The position numbers were made by a program, and so were the translations under genes. Source: Malacoraja senta (taxonomy: Eukaryota). Taken from it: a stretch of 64,000 nucleotides of DNA. This document shows, piece after piece, positions 62,118 through 64,000 of this stretch; position 1 is the stretch's first letter, and the number at the start of each line of letters is the position of its first letter. The notes under the pieces were generated by a model that was not told where the DNA came from, searched no databases, and worked only from the letters and a program-made list of their open reading frames with translations. The stretch is from positions 1,118,001-1,182,000 of the forward strand of contig CM076001.1 of the NCBI GenBank assembly GCA_038087875.1, in the 5' to 3' direction.

Positions 62118-62346
62118 AAGAAAACACTAAATTTATGGAATCATTTGATGAAAAATGGTGCGTGTCTTCGCCAGAATGCCTTCTTCCCACGAGTTGTCTT
62201 TCTGAATCCTGTATGTGAACTGGACTCAGAAGTGCCTCAGATAAATGAGGTCATAGCTCCAAGCAATGTTGAATCCTTTATTTGTTCGTTCAAGCAAGGC
62301 TATGTGTCATGGATGACCAATATTTTTACACCACATTGGTTGTCTG
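62118..62346 (+). CDS. Host gene coding exon D (gene continues beyond window)
   Basis: Acceptor cttccatag|AAG (NAGNAG), donor TCTG|gtgagt. Its phase 0 start matches exon C. Encodes KKTLNLWNHLMKNGACLRQNAFFPRVVFLNPVCELDSEVPQINEVIAPSNVESFICSFKQGYVSWMTNIFTPHWLS. Confidence 0.85.
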
Positions 62347-63424
62347 GTGAGTACTGCAGCATATTTAAATATATTTTTACTGTTTGAATTAGAGACATGA
62401 ATTAGTTGGCAAAGTGAAAATAAATTAATGTTGTTAGCACTTAATAAAAATACAAATTTTTACATTTCACTAATCAAGATTTCAAATTGTTAGTTTTTCA
62501 CCTTGTCTAAAATCAGAATAAATATTACGTATGATCAGAAATACTTGAAATTTGACGAGAAAATTGGTGAATTTTTGTACCTTATAATAGAAGATATGCC
62601 AAAACTAATTCTAAAAATAAATTATGATTATTAAGATAAAGTTAAATAATCATACCTGATTTCAGGTAAGCTAACCATGGTGTGTTTGTTAACAATCCAG
62701 TGACTTAACTAATTATCTGGATTGACAAGTTTTGAAACAATTGGAGAATTGTCTATTCAGGTCAAAAATCTGTTATGCTTACCCATAAGGATGATTCCAA
62801 TCCCAGAGCAACATGCTGAGGCATTATTTCCATCTAAAATGGCTAACAATTTACTTTTTTGAACACTACTTATTTGAACCAAAGTGCAACGAAAATGATA
62901 TTACTAATAAAATCAGATGAATCACCAGTCATCATTCTCTCTGGCTGACATGATAATGGAACATTTTCCAAAATCTTCCACTGACATGGCAATGTGCTAA
63001 AATTTGAAGAACTGTCCAATAGATCAGTCAAACAGCAGTCTCATAGAGGAACAGGGAAGACAATGGGGATGGTGTGGGGAGACCGCTGTGAAGAACAATG
63101 GGGACCCGGTGAGGGGGGACTGCCGTGAGAGTCGGTGGGGACCTGGTGATGGACGTTGGGAGAACAAAGGGGGAGCCAGTTTGGGGGAGGGGGGGGGGAT
63201 CTCGTTAGTTTTATAATCCTCTGCCCAGGGGATAAGCCTGTTCATTTGTTTGTTGTTCGTTCTGGTCCGTTCCGGTTTAGGCCCTGTGCACATGGCAACC
63301 AGCCAACAGTTGCTTGTCTTTTTTTTTGCACTTTTAATTTCAAGTTTTTGTGTACCTTGTGTGTTGTGACTGTTGGCAGACCAATTTCCCTCCGGGCTTG
63401 AATAAAGTTTTATCGATCGTAGGT

Positions 63425-63790
63425 AGGTTCAGGCGGACTGAGCGAAGGTGTTCTGCGATACGATCGCCCAGTCTACGTTTGGTCTCTCCGATGTATAAGA
63501 GGCCACATCTTGAACAACGGATACAGTAGATGAGGTTGTAGGAGGTGCAAGTGAACCTCTGTCTAACCTGAAAGGACTGTCGGGGTCCTTAAACGGAGTC
63601 AAGGGAGGATGTATGAGGACAGGTGTTGCATCTTCTGCGGTTGCAGAGGAAGGTACCTGGGTAGGGGGTGGTTTGGGTGGGAAGGGATGAGTTAACCAGG
63701 GAACGGTTCCCCTCCTCTTGGACCTGCCCAAACGGCCTTCTACCCTCTCTAGATCTATTCGTTTCTAACTGCCGGCATGACATCAACCGG
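63425..63790 (-). mobile_element. Penelope-like GIY-YIG fragment
   Basis: Minus-strand frames give C.R.RCNTCPH and YCIRCSRCGLLYIGETKRRLGDRIAEHLRSV. Confidence 0.8.
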
Positions 63791-64000
63791 GGGCAGAGGG
63801 TGTGGGGTGTGTTGTCGGGGGGGGGTTGTGGGGGAAGGGGGGGTGTATGGGTGGGGGGGGTGTGGGGGGAGAGGGTGTGGGCGGGGGGGTTGTGGTGGGA
63901 GAGGGGTGTGGGGGAGAGGGGGGGTGTTGGTGGGGGAGTTGTGGGTGGAGGTGGGGTGTGGGCGGGGGGTATGTGGGGGGAGGGGTGTGTGGGCGGGGGG
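63790..64000. repeat. G-rich low-complexity repeat
   Basis: Runs of ggggg separated by tgt/aga. Confidence 0.9.

Overview
Repeat-dense vertebrate genomic DNA. The CR1/HER1-type LINEs, HE1-type SINEs and Penelope remnants suggest a cartilaginous fish, probably a skate or ray (inferred). One host gene is visible on the + strand. It has a CpG-island promoter with a probable non-coding first exon (~6.0-6.3 kb) and four phase-compatible coding exons (39768-39889, 42553-42653, 54087-54235, 62118-62346). These encode ~200 aa of an uncharacterised NERD-like (PD-(D/E)xK-type) protein with substituted catalytic residues, and the gene continues beyond the window. The introns hold nested mobile DNA: many CR1 fragments, a near full-length decayed HERO/R2-like RLE retrotransposon, a class I endogenous retrovirus with both LTRs, PBS-Pro, PPT and TSD, Tc1, hAT, Harbinger and THAP-type DNA elements, tandem non-autonomous Helitrons, and Penelope ends with minimal hammerhead motifs. 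The most striking observation is a structured RNA shared by the 3' UTRs of two very divergent HERO-type elements (31449-31584 +, 11522-11642 -). It contains the full hammerhead core (GUC, GAAAC, CUGANGA) in a non-canonical, pseudoknotted strand order, with compensatory base changes in several helices. One element is a 533-bp non-autonomous unit whose terminal redundancy starts at the predicted cleavage site. All calls were made by eye; repeat boundaries are approximate unless a TSD or TIR is quoted.
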